Of a stretch of DNA of 64,000 nucleotides, positions 9,747 to 18,428 are shown piece after piece. The translations under genes and the position numbers were made by a program. How positions within the stretch are numbered: the first letter of the stretch is position 1; the number at the start of each line of letters is the position of its first letter. Below the pieces are notes generated by a model. It ran no database searches and was not told where the DNA came from. It was given only the letters and a program-made list of their open reading frames with translations. This stretch comes from a virus, in the IMG/VR virus record IMGVR_UViG_3300045988_167643; one strand, 5' to 3'.

Positions 9747-10916
9747 TTACGCCGCCCCTTTTAATTCGTTAATATAATTAATTACTATAGTCTCTATATT
9801 ACATTTTTCCCAATATGGGATTCTAAGCAATTTAATATTATTGCTTTTACAATATTCGTCTTTTATTTTATCTCTGCGTTTAGTATTTTCAAAATTTAAT
9901 ATACTTGTTTTTTCTGAGTATGGACCAAACCTAATTGGCATATAATGCTGTTCTCCATCATATTCTATTAAACCTAGTAATTTTTCGTTATCATAAATTC
10001 CAAAGTCAAAACGTAATGGAGCTACATCAATACAATCTTTAAAAGAAACTTGTTTGTTATATTTACAATTTTCTTTTTCTAAAATATTTCCTATAATTTT
10101 TTCATTTTTTGAAGCAATGCAACCACAACTTATTGTGTGTCCATTTTTTAAATTTCCAGAACTAACAACAACATGATTCCCACATTCACATAAACATTCC
10201 CATTGAACAGAAAATGATCCATTCGGATGAATTAAGTTATCAGAACGCTTAACCACTGTTAACATTCCAAACTTTTGTCCTGTTAAATTTTCAAAACTTC
10301 TTTCTGATGATATTCTGGATCGTAAGCAACCACATGATTTTGCTTGACCATTTCTTAAATTACTTTGTGAAATAATTTTTACATTCCCACAGCTACACTT
10401 GCAATTCCATTGTGTGTTTTGAAACCCATTTGGTGATATGTAATTTTCAGCTCTACTAAGAACTATTAATTGTCCAAACTGCATACCTGTTAAATCAATT
10501 AAACACCTCTCAGATGTATTTTGATTTCTTTTACATCCGCATCCTTTAGTATGTCCTGATGTTAAATTAGAAGATTCTACTATAGTTTCATTTCCACAAT
10601 CACACCGACATAGCCATTTTACTTTTTTTCTATTTGAATGTACTAAATCATCAACCCTTTTTATAACAATTAGTGTACCAAAACGCTGCCCTGTAAGATC
10701 CTTAAAATTTGGCGGTGTATGTTTTATACATCCACAATGAGTCTTTTTACCATTACGCAATTTTGCACCATCTGCAACACAATCATTACCACAGTCACAA
10801 ATACATTTCCAATAAATTCTATCTTTTTGTTTATGGTCAATTTCTTTTGCAACTAATTTTCCAAAACGTTGACCTGTCAAATCAATAAATTTCATATAAC
10901 CAACTTCTCCAATCAA
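9747..10916 (-). CDS. endonuclease with four tandem Zn-ribbon modules and a C-terminal DUF559/Vsr-like PD-(D/E)XK domain
   Basis: 389 aa. A ~65-aa module (DLTGQRFGxLxV...W.C.C.CGN...L..G...(S)CGC) repeats four times. The C-terminus reads RFDFGIY...LIEYDGEQH...RRD...LLRIPYWE. Confidence 0.65.
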   Translation of the reverse strand: MIGEVGYMKFIDLTGQRFGKLVAKEIDHKQKDRIYWKCICDCGNDCVADGAKLRNGKKTHCGCIKHTPPNFKDLTGQRFGTLIVIKRVDDLVHSNRKKVKWLCRCDCGNETIVESSNLTSGHTKGCGCKRNQNTSERCLIDLTGMQFGQLIVLSRAENYISPNGFQNTQWNCKCSCGNVKIISQSNLRNGQAKSCGCLRSRISSERSFENLTGQKFGMLTVVKRSDNLIHPNGSFSVQWECLCECGNHVVVSSGNLKNGHTISCGCIASKNEKIIGNILEKENCKYNKQVSFKDCIDVAPLRFDFGIYDNEKLLGLIEYDGEQHYMPIRFGPYSEKTSILNFENTKRRDKIKDEYCKSNNIKLLRIPYWEKCNIETIVINYINELKGAA

Positions 10917-11263
10917 AATAATTATCTAATTTAATAAGAAGAGTGCAGCATTTCGCTACACTCAAAATTACTTCTACAATGCGATTGGAACCTACCCAAT
11001 CATGCATAACATTGGAGAAAACAATATCTACTACAGGCTTTGAACCTGTATCTGATGGCACAAAATGTCCGTCCGTCATAACCATTTAGACCAAGTAGAC
11101 AAAATTCTTTAAATGCAAGCGGATAGTACGACCATCTATTTCTCTTATTACCTACTCACAATCATGTTATCCATGGTTCATAATTGTTTTCAGATCTGGA
11201 CCAATCCAGATAGCTTCAATGCACTTGCCACACAAAGCAAGACTTGGTGTAAACACCATTTCA

Positions 11264-11352
11264 AGTAAAAACCTCGAAGGTTTTTGTTCACAAGCTCAAA
11301 TCTGGTTTACTGCACGCAACGCCCCAGTAAAAACCTCGAAGGTTTTTGTTCA
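11264..11352 (-). terminator. twin copies of a 27-bp repeat, each holding an AAAAACCT-CGA-AGGTTTTT hairpin
   Basis: agtaaaaacctcgaaggtttttgttca occurs at 11264-11290 and 11326-11352. The symmetric A-run/T-run hairpin could act bidirectionally. The pair lies downstream of tRNA-Asn. Confidence 0.55.
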
Positions 11353-11426
11353 TTATTTTTTCCTGTCACCGGTATGCGAAATCTACACCATGCCTCCGGT
11401 GGAATACTATGTCGTAAATAGGAAAA

Positions 11427-11499
11427 CTGGGATGGTGGGATTTGGACCCACGACATACTGATTAACGGTCAGCCGTTCTACCAACTGGACTACATCCCA
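11427..11499 (-). tRNA. tRNA-Asn (anticodon GUU) with C instead of U at position 33
   Basis: Hand-folded cloverleaf: acceptor TGGGATG/CATCCCA, anticodon arm GCTGA-CCGTTAA-TCAGT, T arm GTGGG-TCCAAAT-CCCAC. The D and variable regions resemble E. coli tRNA-Asn. Confidence 0.75.
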
Positions 11500-11549
11500 A
11501 GACGCTGGACCGAAGCCCAGCTTGGAGAAATAATAATGAAAACGAAAAA

Positions 11550-11593
11550 TACAAAGAAAAGAGAAGAATAATAGAATAGGACAGTAGTCCTAT
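11550..11593 (-). terminator. hairpin ATAGGAC/GTCCTAT with a T-rich tail after tRNA-Tyr
   Basis: 7-bp stem at 11576-11593, followed on the minus strand by a T-rich stretch. Confidence 0.4.
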
Positions 11594-11597
11594 TTAG

Positions 11598-11679
11598 TGG
11601 ATGGAGAAGGATTCGAACCTTCGAAGGCAGAACCGCCTGATTTACAGTCAGGAGCGTTTAACCACTTCGCTATCCATCC
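11598..11679 (-). tRNA. tRNA-Tyr (anticodon GUA), type II with long variable arm
   Basis: Acceptor GGATGGA/TCCATCC, anticodon arm CCTGA-CTGTAAA-TCAGG, long variable arm, T arm GAAGG-TTCGAAT-CCTTC. Confidence 0.85.
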
Positions 11680-11716
11680 AAATAGAATTTTATACCTCAA
11701 TAAAAATTGAGTTATA

Positions 11717-11806
11717 AGGCAGTGTACCTGGACTTGAACCAGGAATCTTCATTTGTATATTTACCAGAATTTGAATATGACGCTTTACCATTAAGCTATA
11801 CCTGCC
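11717..11806 (-). tRNA. tRNA-like gene with canonical D and T arms but a 22-nt anticodon loop and a bulged acceptor stem
   Basis: D arm GCTT-AATGGTA-AAGC and T arm CCTGG-TTCAAGT-CCAGG are canonical. The anticodon stem TCATA/AATGA encloses TTCAAATTCTGGTAAATATACA. Acceptor GGCAGGTA pairs with TAC(A)CTGCC, leaving one bulged A. Confidence 0.5.
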
Positions 11807-11840
11807 AAGTAGGAGAGTAGTTACCCTCCAATATGTACTT

Positions 11841-12872
11841 CTAAATAAATGCTTCATCTGATTCATCAGATTCATCATTCAATATAATGTAATGATTTTT
11901 TGTGGTACTTACATCCACATGTCCTAATAGTTTTTGTGCTACTTCTGCAGATTTATGTTCATATACAACAAGATTAGTAGCTCTTGATTCTCTAAATAAG
12001 TGTGGATGAACACGTCTTCCAACAATCTTAGTGAATAATCCGCTACACCAATCATTAAAAGTTGACTCACTTACTTGTTGAACACCATCTTTACTTTTTG
12101 TTACAAACATATATGGACAATTATCATTTCCACGTTCTTCAATCCATTTTTTTAACCATCCCATTGCATCTTCACCAAATTTAAGCTTACGTGGTTTCCC
12201 TACAACAGACGGACCTTTGCAACGAATAGTATGTGTTGTATATTGCTTAGAGATAACAGTGTGTTCAACACCATCTTCGTCCTTTATCTTAATTTCTTTT
12301 TCTTTTGGTTCATATGTAATAACTTCTTTAAGAAGCTGTCTTGCTTCAGCTCTACGGCATCCTGTACTATAAGAAAATACAAGATATGCAAGTTTTTGCC
12401 ATTCTTCACGTTTTTCAAGCTCTCTACACAAATTTACATATTCATCAGGTGTAAGTGGAACTTTTTCATGAACATATCCGGTTTTTACCACTTTTATTCC
12501 AACGGTGAAATTTCTGAAGGTAGGGTACTCGTCCTCGTACATCATCATTACATAATTACAAAATGCACTTGCACATGATTTTTTAAATTTAATCGCAGAA
12601 TCAGACAATCCTCTATTTGTAAGCCAGTTAAGATATTTTGCGAATTCTTTTTTCTTAATTTCAAGAAAACTTTTATTTTTCAAATAATCTTTAACCCAAA
12701 CGAAAAATATTTTAATTCCTGACTCATATACTTTTTTAGTTTTTAAAGAAAGTTCAGTTTGATTATCCAGATAGTCCTGAACCATTTCTCTATTAAACTC
12801 ATTTACTTTATTCCATACTTCTTCAGTTATTTCTTCTGATCTTTCAGCATTTTTACCATCCAATAATCTCAC
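11841..12872 (-). CDS. int: tyrosine recombinase / phage integrase
   Basis: 343 aa, GTG start with AAAGGAAG RBS. Catalytic signature RRAEARQL...HPHLFRESRATNLV...LLGHVDVSTTKNHY. Lies next to the tRNA cluster. Confidence 0.85.
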   Translation of the reverse strand: MRLLDGKNAERSEEITEEVWNKVNEFNREMVQDYLDNQTELSLKTKKVYESGIKIFFVWVKDYLKNKSFLEIKKKEFAKYLNWLTNRGLSDSAIKFKKSCASAFCNYVMMMYEDEYPTFRNFTVGIKVVKTGYVHEKVPLTPDEYVNLCRELEKREEWQKLAYLVFSYSTGCRRAEARQLLKEVITYEPKEKEIKIKDEDGVEHTVISKQYTTHTIRCKGPSVVGKPRKLKFGEDAMGWLKKWIEERGNDNCPYMFVTKSKDGVQQVSESTFNDWCSGLFTKIVGRRVHPHLFRESRATNLVVYEHKSAEVAQKLLGHVDVSTTKNHYIILNDESDESDEAFI

Positions 12873-12898
12873 TTCCTTTTATCAAAATATTTCGTTAT

Positions 12899-13039
12899 CT
12901 TATGTGAGATGACAGCATCAACTATCACCTCTTCAGAGAGTTTTATAATAATGGGCGAAAAAAATAATTGCCTCACGGCAAATCACCACACATAAAATAA
13001 CGATTTTATATTTACCACAGGACTATTACAGCCCTGTGG
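12899..13039. repeat. structured intergenic element, copy 1 (14-bp closing helix plus conserved 25-nt hairpin)
   Basis: cttatgtgagatga (12899-12912) pairs with tcaccacacataaa (12983-12996). Hairpin ccacaggactattacagccctgtgg lies at 13015-13039. Homologous to 13858-13992. Confidence 0.6.
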
Positions 13040-13051
13040 AATAGTTTTTTA

Positions 13052-13786
13052 TTATTTTTTAGAAACTGAATTGTATTTTTCAATCCAATCTTTATAATTA
13101 TCAATAATCCATTTGCGACCTTTTTCAGTCCATTTTAATACCGGTTTATATTTTTCTTCTTTATAACTTTCATAATCTGCATATCCATCTGTAATCAGCC
13201 ATTTATATTCTTCATAAGGATACCAATTACCATTCTTAAATAAAATACGATTCACATGCATAATTTCATTTAATTTAGCTGCATGTAATCCAAGATCTTT
13301 TGCAATAATACTTGTATTAATTAATCCATTTTTCTTAAGAACATCATCATAATATGTAGCTTTTGGTTTTAAAACTGCATTTTCTTTTTCAAGTTCTTCA
13401 TTCTTTTCAACTTCTACAAGAAGCTGCACTAGAGCTTCTTTGTAATTTACTGGAAGTTTTGGCTCAGAATGAGATGATAACTGTTTTTCCATTTCATTAA
13501 ATGCTTCAATATATTTTAATTTCCATTCAAGAGCATCTTTCCCAGTAAACCCCATCGCCAGAAGAGAAAAACCATCACGATTAATGAGATATTCGGTATA
13601 AGTTCGTCCTCTTGAATTCTTATATTCTGAATAAATAAACATATTTTTCACGGCGGAATTTTCCGCTGTGAGATTTCGTATTGATTCAAGAACATCTTTA
13701 TGAGCTTTATTAAAATGTTCTGCAATTTCACGACTTGTTGTTAATACTTGTCCATTTTCAATAGAAACTAATTCATTTTTAATCAT
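13052..13786 (-). CDS. phage antirepressor (Rha N-terminal domain plus KilAC/ANT C-terminal domain)
   Basis: 244 aa. N-terminus LVSIENGQVLTTSREIAEHFNKAHKDVLESIRNL is Rha-like. C-terminus ATYYDDVLKKNGLINTSIIAKDLGL...ILFKNGNWYP is KilAC-like. Confidence 0.8.
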   Translation of the reverse strand: MIKNELVSIENGQVLTTSREIAEHFNKAHKDVLESIRNLTAENSAVKNMFIYSEYKNSRGRTYTEYLINRDGFSLLAMGFTGKDALEWKLKYIEAFNEMEKQLSSHSEPKLPVNYKEALVQLLVEVEKNEELEKENAVLKPKATYYDDVLKKNGLINTSIIAKDLGLHAAKLNEIMHVNRILFKNGNWYPYEEYKWLITDGYADYESYKEEKYKPVLKWTEKGRKWIIDNYKDWIEKYNSVSKK

Positions 13787-13857
13787 ATATTCACTCTTTC
13801 TGCACTATTTATATGCTAAATATATTTTGTTGTTTGCCGCAACATTTACCTTGTTTC

Positions 13858-13992
13858 CTTACGTGAGATGACTACGGCAATAGCCATCCCAATATGAAAG
13901 AGTGCTATGATAAAAATATCAAAACAGAGGGTTAATCACCTCGCGTAAGAAAACAATGTTTATATTCCCACAGGACTATCACAGCCCTGTGG
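13858..13992. repeat. structured intergenic element, copy 2
   Basis: cttacgtgagatga (13858-13871) pairs with tcacctcgcgtaag (13936-13949). Hairpin ccacaggactatcacagccctgtgg lies at 13968-13992. Confidence 0.6.
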
Positions 13993-14016
13993 TTTATCAA
14001 AAATGAAAAATTCTAT

Positions 14017-14289
14017 TTATCTAGCAGCATCCTTTACAGCTTTTGCCAGTTTTGCCTTAACAGTTTTATGAGGTTTAATCATCAGATCTTCCCCAGTGAG
14101 CGGATTGCGGCCTTTTCTTCCAGCTACATCCTTAACTTCAAGACTTCCAAATCCTGGTACTCTAATATCCTCGCCAGCTTTCAGTGTCTCCATGATAACT
14201 TCCTGAAGTGCTGTTACGATCTCACCTGTCTCCTTAATTGTCTTCTCTGCTTTAGTTGCTGTTGCTTTAATAAGTTCAGTTTTAGTCAT
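14017..14289 (-). CDS. hup: HU/IHF-family DNA-binding protein
   Basis: 90 aa. MTKTELI...VPGFGSLEVKDVAGRKGRNPLTGEDLMIKPHKTVKAKL is a classic HU fold signature. Confidence 0.9.
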   Translation of the reverse strand: MTKTELIKATATKAEKTIKETGEIVTALQEVIMETLKAGEDIRVPGFGSLEVKDVAGRKGRNPLTGEDLMIKPHKTVKAKLAKAVKDAAR

Positions 14290-14407
14290 AATTTTGTTAC
14301 TCCTTTGATCATTTAAATTTTTATAATTTTATTTTTTGTTTTTATTTGTACGTGGGACCGCCACGCTCGGCATGTTATTCAGTTGTCTATATTCGAACTG
14401 ATTTTCA

Positions 14408-15781
14408 TCAGTCAATAACAATGTTATTAGTTCCTTTAAGACCTTTTTCTTTGTCCCAAATGAAACAAATGCATTTTCTTACAGCACCAACAAATCCGGA
14501 TTCGTGACTCCAGTTATCCTCGCCTGTAACAGATGGGAGATTACGAATGATTAAACCACCAAGTTCTTTAATTACCTGTTCCGAATGAAGGTGTGCGAGA
14601 TGTGCTTCATGGTATTTTGTTCTTCCAAATGCTTCTCTGGCTTCAACCTGCATTACTTTGTCTACACGTTTACCTTCTTTATCTCCATGAGCATACATAA
14701 TAAGAGAATTGCCCCATTCAAAATATTTTCTTGGATGCATGTCTACATCAACAAGTACATTTGGATCTTCATGAAAATAAGCCCATAATGTCATAACTAC
14801 GTGCCAAGAGCTTAAAAAATCATGGTTTCCTGGGACATACATAAGTTCAACAGGAGCAAACTTAGATAGCGCAGTAATGCCATCAATGAGCATTTCTACA
14901 CATCCCTTAAACATTTCCTGATGTCTCATATTTGTGTCCTGTGCAGTGCCACGAGTAGTTGTTCCTTGTACATTGTCAAAATGGAGAAGGTCGTTGCCGA
15001 TTGGCATAAGAATTTTTGCGACTTTTCTTGACTTAATGTCTTCAATAGCCTCAGTTATAATCGTATTAAAGCATTTCTCAGCTATAATATAATCGTATGA
15101 TCCGTTTGTAAGATTTCCTGATGCGAACTTACCATAGTGTAAATCCATAATTGGAATCTCATATAAAACTCCATCATCAACTTTAGGTTCTGTAAAATAA
15201 TCTCTATTTTTCGGATTATAATTTCTAACTAAATCTTCGTAAAACTCTTCAATTTCAATCTGAGAAATTTCAGTTCTAGGTTTTACATTGATTTTGCTTG
15301 CATACAGATTTTTAACACCAGATTTTCCACCTTGATTCCAAATAGAGTTTCTTGCAGAGACAAGTTCCCATTCAAGTGGATCATAACCATGTGCGTTAAG
15401 TAAAAATTCAGGATTTTTCAAGTTTTCCTCATTAATCTCAATAAGTCGATCACTTGTAAAAGAGCCATCCTTATTTACATCTGTCTGTTCTTTATATCTT
15501 GGAAGCGAGAGAGGAGCCGGTTCGTCTGTAGTTGGTTCACTATTTACTTCCATTTCTTTTCTTCTTTTTTCATCAAAATATTCTTTTACGAATACGCTGC
15601 CATATACATTGCTACAAGCGTTCCGAAGAGTATTGCGAGAAAGTGGAATAGAGTATTGATCAATAATTTCAGTCCAATCTTTATCTGAGTTTCCCTGTAC
15701 TTTTGCAGTTATTTCGGCAAACGAAGCCTCATACTGTTCAGGTGTCATTCCATAATCACTTATTCTTTTTTCGAAATCCAT
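14408..15781 (-). CDS. calcineurin-like metallophosphoesterase with an N-terminal extension
   Basis: 457 aa. Motifs MDLHYG, IGNDLLHFDN, PGNHDF, AHGDKEG and LAHLHSE appear in the canonical order. Confidence 0.75.
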   Translation of the reverse strand: MDFEKRISDYGMTPEQYEASFAEITAKVQGNSDKDWTEIIDQYSIPLSRNTLRNACSNVYGSVFVKEYFDEKRRKEMEVNSEPTTDEPAPLSLPRYKEQTDVNKDGSFTSDRLIEINEENLKNPEFLLNAHGYDPLEWELVSARNSIWNQGGKSGVKNLYASKINVKPRTEISQIEIEEFYEDLVRNYNPKNRDYFTEPKVDDGVLYEIPIMDLHYGKFASGNLTNGSYDYIIAEKCFNTIITEAIEDIKSRKVAKILMPIGNDLLHFDNVQGTTTRGTAQDTNMRHQEMFKGCVEMLIDGITALSKFAPVELMYVPGNHDFLSSWHVVMTLWAYFHEDPNVLVDVDMHPRKYFEWGNSLIMYAHGDKEGKRVDKVMQVEAREAFGRTKYHEAHLAHLHSEQVIKELGGLIIRNLPSVTGEDNWSHESGFVGAVRKCICFIWDKEKGLKGTNNIVID

Positions 15782-15789
15782 AGGATCAC

Positions 15790-16026
15790 CTACTCTGCGT
15801 TATCTGCATCCTCTGCAGGAATTACATCTAACTCTTCCTCAGTTTTAATCTGAGCAGTCATCTCGATATACTGATTTTTCATAGCGTTAAGAAGATCTAC
15901 AACAAATATTTCTTTTTCGTCACCATTTTCATCTGTATATGTAATTGTGGAGCAATCATCAGAAAGTGTTCCTTTAATAGATAATTTATCGGTTGTATTA
16001 CGTTTGAAGCTTAAACAAGACCTCAT
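15790..16026 (-). CDS. hypothetical protein (78 aa)
   Basis: Co-oriented ORF 8 nt downstream of the phosphoesterase gene. Confidence 0.5.
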   Translation of the reverse strand: MRSCLSFKRNTTDKLSIKGTLSDDCSTITYTDENGDEKEIFVVDLLNAMKNQYIEMTAQIKTEEELDVIPAEDADNAE

Positions 16027-16057
16027 TTTATTTTCTCCTTTTAATCATAAAATTTTT

Positions 16058-16717
16058 TTAAATAATTTCATCCAAACTTTTAATTACTTTCTCTGCGACA
16101 CCATATTTAATAGCTTCACTTGCAGATAAGTACCAATCGTTATCAAAATTTTCATAAAATACATCTTCTGGAATTTTTGTTCGTGATAATACAAAATTAC
16201 CTAATTCCTCAATCTGACGCTGATAATTCATAATTGCAGCAACTACTTCATTATAATTACCTGCGAATGATCCACCACCTTTGTGAACAAGGAATTCTGC
16301 TGTTGGGAATGTGTATCTTTCGTGACAAGAGAGATAAATAAAACATCCACTTGATGCAGCGACGCCAACATTAATTCCAATAACTTTTGTTGTACTAAGC
16401 TGAATCGTGTCTACAAGACAGTTGTTTACTTCTAATTCACCACCTGGACTGAAGAAAATCACTTTAATAGGAGTACGCTGATCAACAGGGATATTATTTT
16501 TCTTATCTTCAAAATTCCACTGCATAATCATTTTTGCATATTCAAGCGTCATTGAAGTAATTTCATCATCAATCCAAATAATTCTATTCTCATAGTTTTT
16601 ATAAAACTGTAGAAGTGATGGATCTGGTAACTGTAAATTTTCAGCATTCTGCGGAATAGCAATATCTAAATATGCCATTTCCAATTTCTTTTTATCCTTT
16701 TTTTTATTCATAAGCAT
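16058..16717 (-). CDS. ClpP-family serine protease
   Basis: 219 aa. FFSPGGE...GVAASSGCFI (Ser motif) and FLVHKGGG (His motif) are typical of S14 ClpP. Confidence 0.75.
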   Translation of the reverse strand: MLMNKKKDKKKLEMAYLDIAIPQNAENLQLPDPSLLQFYKNYENRIIWIDDEITSMTLEYAKMIMQWNFEDKKNNIPVDQRTPIKVIFFSPGGELEVNNCLVDTIQLSTTKVIGINVGVAASSGCFIYLSCHERYTFPTAEFLVHKGGGSFAGNYNEVVAAIMNYQRQIEELGNFVLSRTKIPEDVFYENFDNDWYLSASEAIKYGVAEKVIKSLDEII

Positions 16718-16745
16718 TACCTGCTTTCCTTTTAGTCTTTTATTT

Positions 16746-18185
16746 TTATAATCTCAAAAACATATCTTTAGAGCTACATAATACTTTATAACTCTTGTCA
16801 TTTTTTGAGATTGATTTTTGTAAATCTTCCTTAAGCTCTAACTTTGATTCCTCAGAGCCGTGGACCAATATTAATTTTTCAGTTTTTAGACTTGATCCAA
16901 ACTTAACTAAATCATCATGATTTGCATGACTTGAAAAAGTATAGAGTGAAATACAGTCTGCTTTATTTTCAACCACAGTATGGTTAATTTTTAATTGTTT
17001 GAAGTCTTTATAATTCTTGATTCTATATGCCAGATAACTTGGATTATCACCACAATAACCACATAAACAAATCATACTGTTTTCATCGGCAATATATTTT
17101 TCCAGGTATTTTAAAATTCTACCGTTAGTACAAAAACCGCTGCTTGAAATTACAATCTTAGGCTGATCATCAGCTACACAAGTATCTGATTCTGCTTTAT
17201 CAGAGATAAATCGTACATTTTCCCATTCTGTTACTTTATTCCAAAGCTTTAAATTATCTCCAGATAGAATTTCAGAATAAATATTAGAAATTTCACAACT
17301 GAGCATAGAATCTACAACTACTGGTGCTTTAAATTTAGTATCACTACCAAAAATCTCATATAAAACAGTAAGAATTTCCTGTGTACGTGAAAATGAGAAG
17401 CATGGAATAATAACACTACCATTTCTTTCAAACACAGTCTCAACAGCAGTTTTTAAATGTTCTTTATCAAATTTACGTGTCTTTTTACTGGTTCTTTGTT
17501 TTGAACCATAAGTTGATTCCATAATTGTATAGTCGTTGAAACAATCCGGAATTTCTGTTTGAGAAAGATAATGATTTACTGGATTTATTGCTCCAATATC
17601 AGAAGTGTATAAGATTTTCTTACATCGTTGCTCGTCTTTAAGAATAAGCTGTAATTGTGCAGCACCAAGACAATGAGAATTTTTGAACCATTGGAAACTT
17701 ACGTTATCATCTAATCTAAAAACTGTATTGTATTGATCATAAACATAAAAGAAACCCAATGTTCTTTCTACATCATCCATTGTATAAAGTGGAGAGTAAT
17801 CACGATTATATCTTTTGGATAATATACGTGCTTCATCTGCTACAATAAATGCACAGTTTCTTAATAATGCTTCGGCAATTCGTGCTGCTTTATCTGTGAG
17901 GATTATTTTACCCTTAAAACCTTCTTTTATAAGACGTGGAAGCAGTCCAATATGGTCAATGTGACAATGTTCTACGAAAATATATGATATTTCGCTTGGT
18001 TTAAATGGGAATTTCTTGGAATTAATTTTATAAGAATCAAGATAATCATTAGAAGATGCCTGATATAATCCACATTCTAATAGAATTTGTTTACCGGCAA
18101 ATTGAATATGGTAGCATGATCCTGTGACTTCATTTGAGGACATGCCAGCAAAAGTGATACCATCACCTTTTTTCTTTTTAGCCAT
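16746..18185 (-). CDS. metallo-beta-lactamase / beta-CASP nuclease (RNase J/CPSF-like)
   Basis: 479 aa. HCHIDHIG (HxHxDH), SHCLGAA and TSDIG, plus beta-CASP motifs ESTYG, FSSHA and LVHGSE. Confidence 0.8.
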   Translation of the reverse strand: MAKKKKGDGITFAGMSSNEVTGSCYHIQFAGKQILLECGLYQASSNDYLDSYKINSKKFPFKPSEISYIFVEHCHIDHIGLLPRLIKEGFKGKIILTDKAARIAEALLRNCAFIVADEARILSKRYNRDYSPLYTMDDVERTLGFFYVYDQYNTVFRLDDNVSFQWFKNSHCLGAAQLQLILKDEQRCKKILYTSDIGAINPVNHYLSQTEIPDCFNDYTIMESTYGSKQRTSKKTRKFDKEHLKTAVETVFERNGSVIIPCFSFSRTQEILTVLYEIFGSDTKFKAPVVVDSMLSCEISNIYSEILSGDNLKLWNKVTEWENVRFISDKAESDTCVADDQPKIVISSSGFCTNGRILKYLEKYIADENSMICLCGYCGDNPSYLAYRIKNYKDFKQLKINHTVVENKADCISLYTFSSHANHDDLVKFGSSLKTEKLILVHGSEESKLELKEDLQKSISKNDKSYKVLCSSKDMFLRL

Positions 18186-18205
18186 AAGCCTTTCAGCCTT
18201 TCAAG

Positions 18206-18391
18206 TTATTTTAATTTTTCCGCCTTATCAGCGTACCAATCTTCAATGTACCTCTTATTTCCACAGGTTTTATAATACCCCACATGGTACCCTCTGGAAT
18301 TCATATACCCTCCTGAGTATGGCTTTAAGATTTTTTTATCAATAAGGGACTGGATACCCTCTTTTGTAATTGTTTTAATAACAATACACAC
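18206..18391 (-). CDS. small hypothetical protein; start uncertain (GTG at 18391 or ATG giving 32 aa)
   Basis: This is the C-terminal part of the 110-aa track ORF. The N-terminal part of that ORF overlaps tRNA-Met and is discounted. An AGGAGGG sequence precedes the internal ATG. Confidence 0.3.
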   Translation of the reverse strand: MCIVIKTITKEGIQSLIDKKILKPYSGGYMNSRGYHVGYYKTCGNKRYIEDWYADKAEKLK

Positions 18392-18428
18392 CTTTCGTTC
18401 TAAATTTCCTCGTAAGAGAGGATAATAA

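Noticed and set aside
10882-11461. ORFs 10882..11085 (-) and 11219..11461 (+)
   Set aside because: The first lies in the upstream leader of the endonuclease gene with no RBS. The second runs through the twin terminator repeats and into tRNA-Asn on the opposite strand.
11690-11878. 62-aa minus-strand ORF
   Set aside because: It coincides with the tRNA-like gene and the integrase 3' end, so the RNA gene explains the sequence better.
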